Positions 38,226 through 47,053 of a DNA stretch of 64,000 nucleotides are shown here, one piece after another. The position numbers and the translations under genes are program-made. Positions within the stretch are counted from its first letter, which is position 1. Every line of letters begins with the position of its first letter. The notes below the pieces were generated by a model. That model did no database searches and was not told the DNA's origin. It saw only the letters and a program-made list of their open reading frames with translations. The stretch is from the NCBI GenBank assembly GCA_965204085.1, contig CBDBEE010000003.1, positions 1,449,981 through 1,513,980 of the forward strand. Direction: 5' to 3'. Source of the DNA: Candidatus Poribacteria bacterium (lineage in GTDB: Bacteria > Poribacteria > WGA-4E > JAJDTR01).

Positions 38226-38825
38226 ATGTCGTCTGTCGCTGTACAGTCCCACCTTACGCCAGCCGAGTATTTGGCTTTGGAGCGTAAGGCGACTACGAAA
38301 AGTGAGTATTTCGACGGTCAAATCTATGCGATGTCAGGGGCAAGTCGCGCGCATAATCTTATCGTGGTGAACCTACTAAGTGCGTTGCACACTCAATTAA
38401 GCAAACGGGATTGTGAGGTTTACGCCAACGATATGCGTGTGAAAGTTGACGTGACAGGGCTATACACCTACCCGGATGTCCTCGTTGTCTGTGATGAGCC
38501 ACGCTTTGAGGACGCCAGTCTTGACACACTTCTCAATCCGAACGTGCTTGTGGAAGTCCTCTCTCCCTCAACTGAAGCATACGATCGTGGCGAAAAATTC
38601 TCGCACTATCGCCATCTAAAATCGCTGCAAGAATATGTGCTGGTGGCACAAAACTGCATTCGTGTCGAGCACTATCTGCGTCAAGAGGAACAGTGGCTTC
38701 TAACTGAATTCGATGAATCTGTTGATCTATTCCGTTTGCCTTCAATCAATTGCGAACTTTCCACTCGTGCGATCTATGCAAAGGTGAAACTTTCTACCGA
38801 TGCGCTGCGGCAGCAGGAACTCTGA
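38226..38825 (+). CDS. Uma2-family (DUF820) putative endonuclease.
   Basis: LTPAEYLALERKATTKSEYFDGQIYAMSGASRAHNLIV...CEVYANDMRVKV...YPDVLVVCDE...EVLSPST matches the Uma2 / restriction-endonuclease-like fold family. ATG at 38226 preferred over 38145. Confidence 0.65.
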   Translation: MSSVAVQSHLTPAEYLALERKATTKSEYFDGQIYAMSGASRAHNLIVVNLLSALHTQLSKRDCEVYANDMRVKVDVTGLYTYPDVLVVCDEPRFEDASLDTLLNPNVLVEVLSPSTEAYDRGEKFSHYRHLKSLQEYVLVAQNCIRVEHYLRQEEQWLLTEFDESVDLFRLPSINCELSTRAIYAKVKLSTDALRQQEL

Positions 38826-38904
38826 GTAGTTCATTTTACCCGTTTGCGATGAAAAGCTCGTCCGCTCTATAGATGCCGTAGTATCCAATAGGAGTTCCGG
38901 TAAA

Positions 38905-39282
38905 ATGGTTGACCCAAAAGACATTAAAGCAACCTGCGACGACATCGTCCGAGAGTTTGCCCCCCTGAAGGTTATCCTCTTCGGTTCCTATGCTTACGGA
39001 ACGCCTACCGAGGATTCGGATGTTGACCTGTTGGTGGTGATGCCCGTTCCGGAATCGCAAACCCGCAGCCTAGCGGTAGAGATTCGGCGACGTATCCCGC
39101 GCCGCTTTCACATGGATCTGGTTGTCCGGTCGCCGGAAGAGATTGCCTACCGCGTTTCGCATAACGACTGGTTTCTCCGAGAGGTGATGCAGGAGGGTCA
39201 GGTGCTTTATGAATCCGTTGACACTGGAGTGGTGACTGACAGTCACTCCCCCTTTGCAACGAAATGTCCTTCCGCTTCATAG
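38905..39282 (+). CDS. Nucleotidyltransferase-domain protein (minimal MNT, Pol-beta superfamily). No HEPN partner seen.
   Basis: GS...D.D motif: LFGSYAYGTPTEDSDVDLLVV. Confidence 0.6.
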   Translation: MVDPKDIKATCDDIVREFAPLKVILFGSYAYGTPTEDSDVDLLVVMPVPESQTRSLAVEIRRRIPRRFHMDLVVRSPEEIAYRVSHNDWFLREVMQEGQVLYESVDTGVVTDSHSPFATKCPSAS

Positions 39283-40160
39283 ATTCCCTTAAACAGGTCA
39301 AGCGCGGCGCGGCCGCAGCGGGGACCGAATCCCGACAAGTACAACCCATCCATCGCGACTACCCGCTTATTCCGTCCGGCGGGTGTCTGTGCCAAACCGG
39401 GGACCTTAAGCAACCCTTCAACTCCGCCGATTGATTTCAAGCCCGATTCAAACAGTACGTACACATCCGGTTGCGCGGCGATAACCGCTTCCGCGGTCAT
39501 CGGCTTCGTGCCTTCGATTTTTTCCGCGGCGTTTGCCGCACCGACGATTTCAATCATCGCCCCGGCTGCGGAATTTTTGCCAAGCACAAAGGCGGTTTGC
39601 GGTCCCCGCAGATAGAGGAACAAAGCCTTCCGTTTTGGCTGACCTTCGCGTATAGCGAGTTTCGATTCCAGCGTTTCAATGTGCTTCTCTAAAGCCGAAA
39701 TCAACGCCTCAGCCTTTTCTTGGCGATTGACCGCCGTTCCAATGGTACGGAGACGTTGTTTGGCTTCCTCGAAGGTTCTCGGCTCCGCGAGTAGCAGCAC
39801 CGTCACGCCAGCGCTGCGCAACTGCTCGACAACCTGGGGCGGTTTCACATTCTCGCGACCGATGACCAACGTCGGTTTTAATGAGAGAATCCCTTCGGCG
39901 TTGAGCCGATACTGGTAACCGACAGATGGAAGTTTTTTGTTTATATCCTTGGGATAAGTGGACGATGCGTCGCAACCAACGATGTTCGCATCGAGTCCGA
40001 GCGCAAATAGAATCTCGGTGGTGCTGCCGTTCAGTCCGATGATTCGCTCGGTTGAGTTGATGACAACGGTTTCGCCGCTGGCGTCGGTTACTTCGACAGG
40101 CTGCGCAGCGGCGGTTAATGAAATCAGAAGCAACAACACCGCGACGTATCGTATTTTCAT
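39243..40160 (-). CDS. ABC transporter periplasmic substrate-binding protein, haem/iron-siderophore type (HmuT/ChuT-like).
   Basis: Signal peptide. ERIIGLNGSTTEILFALGLDANIVGCD and later blocks typical of class III (TroA/BtuF-like) binding proteins. Confidence 0.8.
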   Translation of the reverse strand: MKIRYVAVLLLLISLTAAAQPVEVTDASGETVVINSTERIIGLNGSTTEILFALGLDANIVGCDASSTYPKDINKKLPSVGYQYRLNAEGILSLKPTLVIGRENVKPPQVVEQLRSAGVTVLLLAEPRTFEEAKQRLRTIGTAVNRQEKAEALISALEKHIETLESKLAIREGQPKRKALFLYLRGPQTAFVLGKNSAAGAMIEIVGAANAAEKIEGTKPMTAEAVIAAQPDVYVLFESGLKSIGGVEGLLKVPGLAQTPAGRNKRVVAMDGLYLSGFGPRCGRAALDLFKGIYEAEGHFVAKGE

Positions 40161-40193
40161 TGTTGGCTCCTCAGGCTGAAGATGATGTAATTG

Positions 40194-40799
40194 TCAAAAT
40201 TGCCGGCTCCCATCGGGTTGATGGAGGTACTCAAACGTGATGAAACCGCCGTCTGTTTTGTTCGCGTTGTCCTTGTAGAAGCCTACAAAGCGGAGTTTGG
40301 CATACGTTCCATCCGCCGCTTGAACCACAAAGACACGATTCTCCAGAGGGAGAATCCAGTGATTTGGGGGACCGGTGTAGATGTACCATCCTTTCTCGCT
40401 TTGTGCGACGATAGCGAGGTTCCCGTCCGAATCGGCGGCGTACCCGCCCCCGGGCGCTTCGTTCACCTCGCTAAATGCTATATCCGTGAGCATGACTGCG
40501 CGCCCCTTTCCCGCACCACTGATACCCCCGTTGAGCTTGACCTTCGTGCGTTGAAAACCGAGATCCCAATTCATTGAATTACCCGGGTCCGCGACTTCGA
40601 CGACACCACCCTTAGCGAACGAGAAATATGTCCACGCCTCTCGGCTTGTCGCGTCAACCGTGAACGTGGCAGCCTCTTGAATGGTCGGGGCGACACCAAC
40701 TTCCTCATCGCCTCCACAACTGAAATAGAAAAATACGCTGATATAAAGAACCGACCACACGATCAGTCTCCACGTGGCGAGAGTTTTAAAGCGTTTCAT
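40194..40799 (-). CDS. HmuY-like haem-binding lipoprotein (tentative).
   Basis: Lipobox FSCGG. About 200 aa all-beta profile with WTYFSF...WDLGFQR. Sits next to the TonB receptor and haem ABC genes as in hmuY-hmuR loci. Assignment is by context and sequence style only. Confidence 0.4.
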   Translation of the reverse strand: MKRFKTLATWRLIVWSVLYISVFFYFSCGGDEEVGVAPTIQEAATFTVDATSREAWTYFSFAKGGVVEVADPGNSMNWDLGFQRTKVKLNGGISGAGKGRAVMLTDIAFSEVNEAPGGGYAADSDGNLAIVAQSEKGWYIYTGPPNHWILPLENRVFVVQAADGTYAKLRFVGFYKDNANKTDGGFITFEYLHQPDGSRQF

Positions 40800-40832
40800 T
40801 GTTCCCTCCTATTTTCTGTTCCGATTGACAGA

Positions 40833-41048
40833 CTAGACAGATATCGGGATATCCATGTCAGCTAGGGTTTTGGTGTTATCATCGTTCAATACCAACATGG
40901 CTTGCGCAATGGTACCGGCAACTTGGTAAAATTCTTCCGGAGGCATGGCGATATCAATACCTCGGTATTTGAGGTGAATATGCCCTCCAAGACATTGATA
41001 GACAGCACATACATTACAATTGGATAACGACTCTCTCGTGTGTTTCAT
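40833..41048 (-). CDS. Hypothetical small protein.
   Basis: 71 aa ORF with Cys/His cluster CNVCAVYQCLGGHIH. No family recognised. Confidence 0.2.
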   Translation of the reverse strand: MKHTRESLSNCNVCAVYQCLGGHIHLKYRGIDIAMPPEEFYQVAGTIAQAMLVLNDDNTKTLADMDIPISV

Positions 41049-41099
41049 TTTCTTGGTTTCCTTTCTTAATGTTATCGGTGATGCAGAATTGGTTATGCT

Positions 41100-41606
41100 T
41101 CACCACCGAGTAGATGCGTATAGAGCTAGTAGGATTGAGAAACAGGTAATTGATAAATAAGCCGATTTTCTTCCGCGTCGGCATAGTACGAAGCGCATGA
41201 ACAGTTGGAGCAGATAAAGTATCCACACAACGCATGCGCATGACAGTTGACGAGACCAATCGCTGCGATCATTATCGAGCGATAGCACAACGGTAAGTAG
41301 CGCGAGAGTTGATAGTAACAGCCCGGCAATCACACTGAGGTAGCAAATCCTATCCAATTTCTCAAGTGGTGGTAGGTGACCGAATACCGTTAGAAATCGT
41401 TTGCGTTTGAGTTGAATCTCTTGAATAAGGTACGTCACCGAAGCGACACATGCGAATGCGAAAGCGCCATTCGCAAGTAGAAGAGTCCTTGAAGATAATC
41501 TCCAGCTAATCGGCTGCAAGAAGGTCGTGAAAAGAATCAGGGCGACAATAAAGAATAATGAGGTGAAGCCGGAATACGCCAAGAACTGAGTTTTCTTGAG
41601 TGCCAT
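41100..41606 (-). CDS. Hypothetical integral membrane protein (about 5 TM).
   Basis: Strongly hydrophobic 168 aa ORF in the haem locus. No family recognised. Confidence 0.3.
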   Translation of the reverse strand: MALKKTQFLAYSGFTSLFFIVALILFTTFLQPISWRLSSRTLLLANGAFAFACVASVTYLIQEIQLKRKRFLTVFGHLPPLEKLDRICYLSVIAGLLLSTLALLTVVLSLDNDRSDWSRQLSCACVVWILYLLQLFMRFVLCRRGRKSAYLSITCFSILLALYASTRW

Positions 41607-41703
41607 CTTTTCCTCACATGATTAAATTGATTACTGTAAAATCTGTCATGAGTAAATCTCAATTTGAAGATTTGTCTTCCGAGCGATTACGATGAAAAAG
41701 ATC

Positions 41704-41748
41704 GGAAGGATGGAAGGTCGGAAGCTTGGAAGATTCCCTTCCACCCCA
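41704..41748. repeat. GGAAG-rich purine repeat, partial copy of the family 3 tract.
   Basis: ggaaggatggaaggtcggaagcttggaagattcccttccacccc, includes hairpin ggaag-attcc-cttcc. Confidence 0.35.
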
Positions 41749-41784
41749 CACTCAAACTTGTAACTCGTCCATCTTCGAATCAGT

Positions 41785-43707
41785 TCAATAGGTCAAAGAG
41801 AGACCGCCATAAAACGAACGCCCTGCGAACGTGTAAAAACTTGGTATCTTGAAATCGAAAATGTTATTGATGCCGACCGAGGCTCTGAGCCATGTGAGGA
41901 TTTGCTTGGATCCCCTCAGGTTCCAAATCCAGTTGCTCGGCGCGTACTCCTCATCTTCAAGCACCTTGTCGCCATCGTCATAGAAGCCCCACTTGCTCCC
42001 GTAACGCCCGCGGAGATTCAGGTTGAAGCCAATTTCCTCGTTTACGTAGGATAGTTTGAGGTTGCCGCTGTGTTTCGAACGATTCAATAGTGTTAAACCG
42101 GTTTCCTCGTCCTGGCCGTTGAGATAGGCATAGCCGACTGCCGCGGCGAGACCTCTGATAGAACGCGTCGCCAACTCGACCTCGACTCCTTCAGTGAACG
42201 CCTCGCTAACGTTGAAATACTGGAATTTGCTCCCGCCGAGCACGCTTTTCCCCACGCGCTCCGCTTCGATAAGGTTTTTCAGATTGTTCCGATAAACCTG
42301 CAACCGTCCGAGTAACGCAGATCTGAACTGGTATTCAAGCCCAAGATTCCAACTGTTCGATGACTCCGGTTGAAGCGCCGGGTTTCCGAGCACTTGATAG
42401 CCGGAGGTCGGATTGCTGAAATCGAGATAAAGGTCTTTGAAATCGGGAGCACGGAAGCCTTGACCGAACGAGGTGCGTACGGTGAAATCGCTGGTTACGC
42501 GGTATAATCCGCTCAACTTTGGACTGAAGTGCGCCCCAAATTCAGAGTGGTGATCGAGTCTCCCACCGACGACGAGCGCGAGATTCCGGGATGGTCGAAA
42601 TTCGTTCTGGAAGAAGAGTGAGTTGGTCGCAACATCCTTTTCGCCGCCGGTAATGCGCTGAGATTCGAGGTTTTCGAAAATCAATTCTGCGCCGGCAGTC
42701 AGTTGATTTCTGGCTCCAAGCGAAGTATCAAATTGCACCTCGCCCTTTACTAGGTCTTGTACTGTGATGTTCGAGGAAGCGGTGAGGGAGGTGCCACGGT
42801 CAATAACGGTTGATTCGTCGCGGTAGCGGGTGGCGTAGATTTTGCCTACCAGTTTTGAATCCAAACCGGGGCGGTATGCCGTTCCGACAGTTGCGCTAAA
42901 AACCCCAATATCACCGAGACGGTCGAAGGCCACGCCGCTGTTTTCGCTGACACCTTCCTGCGCTTGAGCGAAATACTGTCCCGAAAATAGGAGTTTCGCG
43001 CGCTGAGTAAGTTGATATTCGGTCCGCACCGATTGGGTAAAATTCTGATACCCGTCGATCGTGGTTGAAGGATTTGTTTCGTCCAAGTCGATAGGGTCTC
43101 GGTGATTTGCGGCAAGCGTCATCAGCGAATTGAGTTTGCCGTGTTTTATCTCAACCGTTCCGCGGCTATCGATTGTGTTGTGTTCCTCAACGTTATTCGT
43201 AAACTGGAGCGCAAATGGAGATGAGGCACCGCGCGTGATGACGTTGATGACGCCTCCCATGGCGGCACTGCCGAAGAGCGCGGACGATGCGCCTTTGACG
43301 ATCTCAATCCGCTGGACGTTTTCGATTGGAATACGCGCCAGGTCAAGTTTTCCCGCGATTCGACCGACCTGCGGTTCCCCATCAAGCAAGATTAAAACGT
43401 AATCGGAGGCGAGACCTTGGAGTTGAACGCCATCGCCGTGTGCGTCGCGGTGAACGACGATTCCCACGTGATGCTCAAGCGCTTCGCCAATGTTCTCCGC
43501 ACCCGTGGATTCAATCTCGTTTCGTGTGATGACCTCGGTGATGACCGGGGTGTCTTTCAACAAGCGCTCGGTTTTGGTGCCGGTGATGACAATTCCGTCC
43601 ATTTCGAAGACGTTAGACATGGATATAATTTCGGGGAAACTCACCCCCACTCCGCTGAGGAGCACAAACATGAATAACGCACTCAAACTTCGGTCCCGTA
43701 GCCGCAT
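41785..43707 (-). CDS. TonB-dependent outer-membrane receptor (putative haem receptor, HmuR-like by context).
   Basis: Signal peptide. Plug domain DTPVITEVITRNEIESTGAENIGEAL...VVHRD...LLDGEP. 22-strand barrel-length C-terminal region. Confidence 0.85.
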   Translation of the reverse strand: MRLRDRSLSALFMFVLLSGVGVSFPEIISMSNVFEMDGIVITGTKTERLLKDTPVITEVITRNEIESTGAENIGEALEHHVGIVVHRDAHGDGVQLQGLASDYVLILLDGEPQVGRIAGKLDLARIPIENVQRIEIVKGASSALFGSAAMGGVINVITRGASSPFALQFTNNVEEHNTIDSRGTVEIKHGKLNSLMTLAANHRDPIDLDETNPSTTIDGYQNFTQSVRTEYQLTQRAKLLFSGQYFAQAQEGVSENSGVAFDRLGDIGVFSATVGTAYRPGLDSKLVGKIYATRYRDESTVIDRGTSLTASSNITVQDLVKGEVQFDTSLGARNQLTAGAELIFENLESQRITGGEKDVATNSLFFQNEFRPSRNLALVVGGRLDHHSEFGAHFSPKLSGLYRVTSDFTVRTSFGQGFRAPDFKDLYLDFSNPTSGYQVLGNPALQPESSNSWNLGLEYQFRSALLGRLQVYRNNLKNLIEAERVGKSVLGGSKFQYFNVSEAFTEGVEVELATRSIRGLAAAVGYAYLNGQDEETGLTLLNRSKHSGNLKLSYVNEEIGFNLNLRGRYGSKWGFYDDGDKVLEDEEYAPSNWIWNLRGSKQILTWLRASVGINNIFDFKIPSFYTFAGRSFYGGLSLTY

Positions 43708-43893
43708 CGATTCACTCCTTTCCGCGTGATTGCCTTGACAATCACGGTGCGATTAACTTATCTTAATAGGAACAGAAAAGGCGATGGGCGCACAAAAGCC
43801 CCAGTGGATTGGTAGATAGAGAATAGGGAAATAGCTAACAATTGGCCGTTGGGAGCTGTCCCTTTTCTATCGTTCGTCTTTTCTGTTAATGGC

Positions 43894-43927
43894 TAATTAT
43901 GATTATGAGTCTCAGTCTCAATAGCAA
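43894..43927. promoter_or_regulatory. Fur-box-like AT-rich motif between the ABM gene and the TonB receptor gene.
   Basis: aattatgattatgagtctcagtctcaatagcaac. ATTATGATTATGAG resembles the GATAATGATAATCATTATC consensus. Inverted copy at 44319-44355. Confidence 0.35.
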
Positions 43928-43952
43928 CACACAGCGTTATGTTCCCGCTGCG

Positions 43953-44309
43953 TTAGTGAACATTGAACGGCCCGCCGCTCGGTTCCTCCTTCAGGTCGGG
44001 GCGAGTTGAATCCGAAAATACTTCGTGAAGTTCGAGTTTGTTTGATCCGGTAAAGGCTTCCGGAGGAAGCGTGCCGGATTGCGCGTGTCCCTTTCGGAAT
44101 TCGTCCGATTCCACCCAGTTCTCGAAATCTTTCCGAGATTCCCACAGCGTGAATACGATGTAGGGATCGTCTTCATTCACTGGGCGCAGGACTTGGTTTG
44201 AGACGAAGCCGGGCATTCCATCAACGAGCCGAGCACGGTTGCGGAACCGCTCTTCAAAGGCTTCGGCGTACTCTGGAGCGACATAAATTCGGTTTGCAAC
44301 GGTAATCAT
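43953..44309 (-). CDS. ABM-domain monooxygenase, putative IsdG/HmoB-type haem-degrading enzyme.
   Basis: 118 aa antibiotic-biosynthesis-monooxygenase fold pattern (ITVANRIYV...FVSNQVLRP...YIVFTLWESRKDFENWVESDEF). First gene of the haem uptake cluster. Confidence 0.55.
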   Translation of the reverse strand: MITVANRIYVAPEYAEAFEERFRNRARLVDGMPGFVSNQVLRPVNEDDPYIVFTLWESRKDFENWVESDEFRKGHAQSGTLPPEAFTGSNKLELHEVFSDSTRPDLKEEPSGGPFNVH

Positions 44310-44318
44310 CGAAACCCT

Positions 44319-44355
44319 CGTTATTGATATTGAGTCTCATTATCATAATAAGAAC
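44319..44355. promoter_or_regulatory. Fur-box-like motif in the promoter region of the ABM-TonB receptor haem uptake operon.
   Basis: cgttattgatattgagtctcattatcataataagaac. Reverse complement gives TTATTATGATAATGAGACTCAATATCAATAA, an 11/15 match to the Fur consensus core. Lies 10-45 nt upstream of the ABM start. Confidence 0.4.
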
Positions 44356-44758
44356 AACGATTAAAGATCAGGCTAACATAATAACGTTGATTCCCCACCG
44401 GTGGATACAGAAAAACCCCACTCACATACAGTTAAGTATATAATATCACAATTTGTAGGACTTATGCAAGAAAAACACACAATGAGGATAACCTGTGGAC
44501 TGAATGTGGATGCTATTAGTCATTGCGAGGTGGACCGATGATAAATGAGCCGCACACTTTGAATTGAGTATCTGAACGCAATTGTCTGATAAGATTGTAT
44601 TTGATACCAAGTTTCGGATCGAATGGCAATTTGCTAGTTGCCTGAAAGGTCGCGCAAAGTTCTTCTAGTCGCTCTAGTAGGCGTACAAATCAATCTTAAA
44701 TTTGTTCTCGATTTCAATAAGGCGTGATTCCCAGTCACCCGTAAGCGTAAAATAATCC

Positions 44759-45151
44759 TTAATCGCCGTGTCTAGCAGACGGCGACGATCGTCTGTCAGA
44801 CTTTTCCATTGATACATGACTTCCCTCCTCTGACATGATTTGTTCTACTATCCGTTTTTCATGCTGTCCATCTTTCACGAATTCTTGCAATTCCTCTTGA
44901 TGTAGTGCATCTTGTGCTTTATTTGCTTCGCGTATATGGTGAATGATGTACCAGATAGTTCCTGCCATCAGGATACATATGAAGATTCTTGAAAATGGGT
45001 CAGGGTTAATTAAGAAGTAAACAAGTAATGGTAATATGCCATACAAAGGAATTGCAATTTTGTTTCCTTCACGATCGCAAATTTTAGAGAAGCGCTTGTT
45101 TCGCTCACTATCCAACGGATCGTAGTCTTGTGAGGAATCATGGTTTGGCAA
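44759..45151 (-). CDS. Hypothetical small membrane protein.
   Basis: 130 aa with one or two TM (IPLYGILPLLVYFLI..., RIFICILMAGTIWYIIHHI). No family recognised. Confidence 0.25.
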   Translation of the reverse strand: MPNHDSSQDYDPLDSERNKRFSKICDREGNKIAIPLYGILPLLVYFLINPDPFSRIFICILMAGTIWYIIHHIREANKAQDALHQEELQEFVKDGQHEKRIVEQIMSEEGSHVSMEKSDRRSSPSARHGD

Positions 45152-45312
45152 AATGATAAATCTCCTTTTTTAGACGTTTTCAAATCCCCGATGGTTGCGT
45201 CCATCTATCAGAAGCATTGGAATCCAAGCCTTCCGCCCATAAGGGCGTTAGAAGTGCCACCTCTTCCACCGTAACACAAGCGGCTAAATCCCGAAGTTAA
45301 ACAAATCACCCT

Positions 45313-45753
45313 CTAACAAATACATCGAAGATATTTTTTGTTCTTCGGTGGTTGTACTTCCAGACGGGCTTCGGCGACGTACAACGGCATAAACTTCACT
45401 TTGTACTTGTGGTGTTGTCCGTACCACGCGCGTTTAAGCAACGACCAGAACCCTTCGAGTGTGTTGGTATGGATTTCGCCATCCACAAATCTTTCTGAAT
45501 GATTGACACTCTTGCGTTTTATGAACCTTTCCAGGCTCTTGTAAACGTTATTTTCGTCCGCCATGAGCGTTGACCCGCCCGTGTCCACTCTGGAAAGTAT
45601 AAAACTCAATGCCTCTCCCACCGTCACGCTACTTACCGCCTTGCCAACAACCTTCCCGCCACGCTCTACTGCTCCGATCGCCGGGGTTTTCTTGGACCGA
45701 TTCTTCTCCGGATTGTGCGTGTCATCATCATCTGGAGTGTTCGGCAACAGCAA
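45313..45753 (-). mobile_element. IS1595-family (ISXO2-like) transposase C-terminal fragment.
   Basis: MADENNVYKSLERFIKRKSVNHSERFVDGEIHTNTLEGFWSLLKRAWYGQHHKYKVKFMPLYVAEARL matches the C-terminal DDE_Tnp_IS1595 region. N-terminal zinc-ribbon and DDE core are absent. Confidence 0.6.
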
Positions 45754-45787
45754 GAATTAAAGTGGAAAAGTCAGGTACAGCAACACA

Positions 45788-46870
45788 TTAAAATCTCAAT
45801 CCCAAGCTAACGCGGTGTGCTTGTTGCAGATGCCCAAAGTCCGCGAAGGCGTAATCAAGAGATAGGGCGGTTGACGAAAGAACCGTATTGATTCCGAATC
45901 CGAGTGTAATCCCTTCTTCGTCCTTTGCCGATTCGGGCCCCAAACGCAACTTGTATCCGCCTCGAACGGACGCGGTTTTCTTGTACCAATACTCTAGACC
46001 GAAGTGCAGGCGTTCGCTATTGTCGGTGGGATGGTTGCCGTCTATGGCAACGGTGAGGAGATTGTTCGCGTCATCAACCAGGTCATACGCGATTCCGAGG
46101 CGAAAGTTGGATGGCAGTGGGAATTCGACGGTATCCAACTCTACCTTACGAGTAGGATTCGTCGTGTCCGGGAATGGGCGGTAGTCGGCGGTTCGCTGAT
46201 CTCCCGCCTCTTCAGCACCCGCCTGAAGATCCGGTCCGCCGAAACTCATCTCCGGCCCGAAATTCGAGTAGCACATTCCAATCCGCAAACTTTTCCAACC
46301 GGTGTGATATAGGGTGCCGACATCAACCGCCATCCCCTTGGCGCTTTCCCGATGTATCTGCTGCTGAATGAACTTGGCATTGACCCCAAAGGAGAGTTTC
46401 ACGCCGGACTCTTTCTCGTAGAGTTGTCTGGAATACGCCAATGAGACAGCCGCATCCCACGCGGAGAACCAGAGACCGGTGCCATCCGGTTTAGCCAGCG
46501 TCGTAATTTCCATATCGGGGACCGAGAGGAAGGTCACGCTTGCTCCGAGTGTTCCGATTTTTTCGACCGGGGTGGCGAAGGCAAGGAAGTTGTACCGCGT
46601 ATCTGCGAGCCAGACGGTATGCGTACCGGAGAGGCTGGTTGCGGCGAGTTGGCTCAGCCCTGCGGGATTCCAGTAGATGGCGGTAACGTCGTCGGCGATA
46701 GCCCCAAACGCGCCTCCCAAACTGTCCACACGGGCGCCTGGCCCGATTTTCAGAAACTGGGCGCCGCTCGTTCCCACGTTGGTTACGGCATAAGTGGGCG
46801 GTGAACATAGGATCACGGCGGTGAATAGGACTACGCAAAATGTCTCTAGGTGTTTAGAGCAAACATGCAT
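45788..46870 (-). CDS. PorV/PorQ-like outer-membrane beta-barrel protein (T9SS-associated).
   Basis: Signal peptide. SGAQFLKIGPGARVDSLGGAFGAIADDVTAIYWNPAGL resembles the PorV N-terminal signature. C-terminal F. Barrel-like alternating pattern. Confidence 0.5.
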   Translation of the reverse strand: MHVCSKHLETFCVVLFTAVILCSPPTYAVTNVGTSGAQFLKIGPGARVDSLGGAFGAIADDVTAIYWNPAGLSQLAATSLSGTHTVWLADTRYNFLAFATPVEKIGTLGASVTFLSVPDMEITTLAKPDGTGLWFSAWDAAVSLAYSRQLYEKESGVKLSFGVNAKFIQQQIHRESAKGMAVDVGTLYHTGWKSLRIGMCYSNFGPEMSFGGPDLQAGAEEAGDQRTADYRPFPDTTNPTRKVELDTVEFPLPSNFRLGIAYDLVDDANNLLTVAIDGNHPTDNSERLHFGLEYWYKKTASVRGGYKLRLGPESAKDEEGITLGFGINTVLSSTALSLDYAFADFGHLQQAHRVSLGLRF

Positions 46871-47053
46871 GAGTAATGTGCCAATCTGTTATTTCGCATT
46901 TAAATCGTGTGGAGGCCATTTCCTACGAGTTTCCACCTTGATGAGGTGATTCCAAATGAATCTGTATCATACACCCTATTCCTCACATATCCTCGTCCTT
47001 AGGCTTTTGGAGGCTGGTGCGCGGTGCGCACCCTCAAGTAGAAAAAGTGAGGT

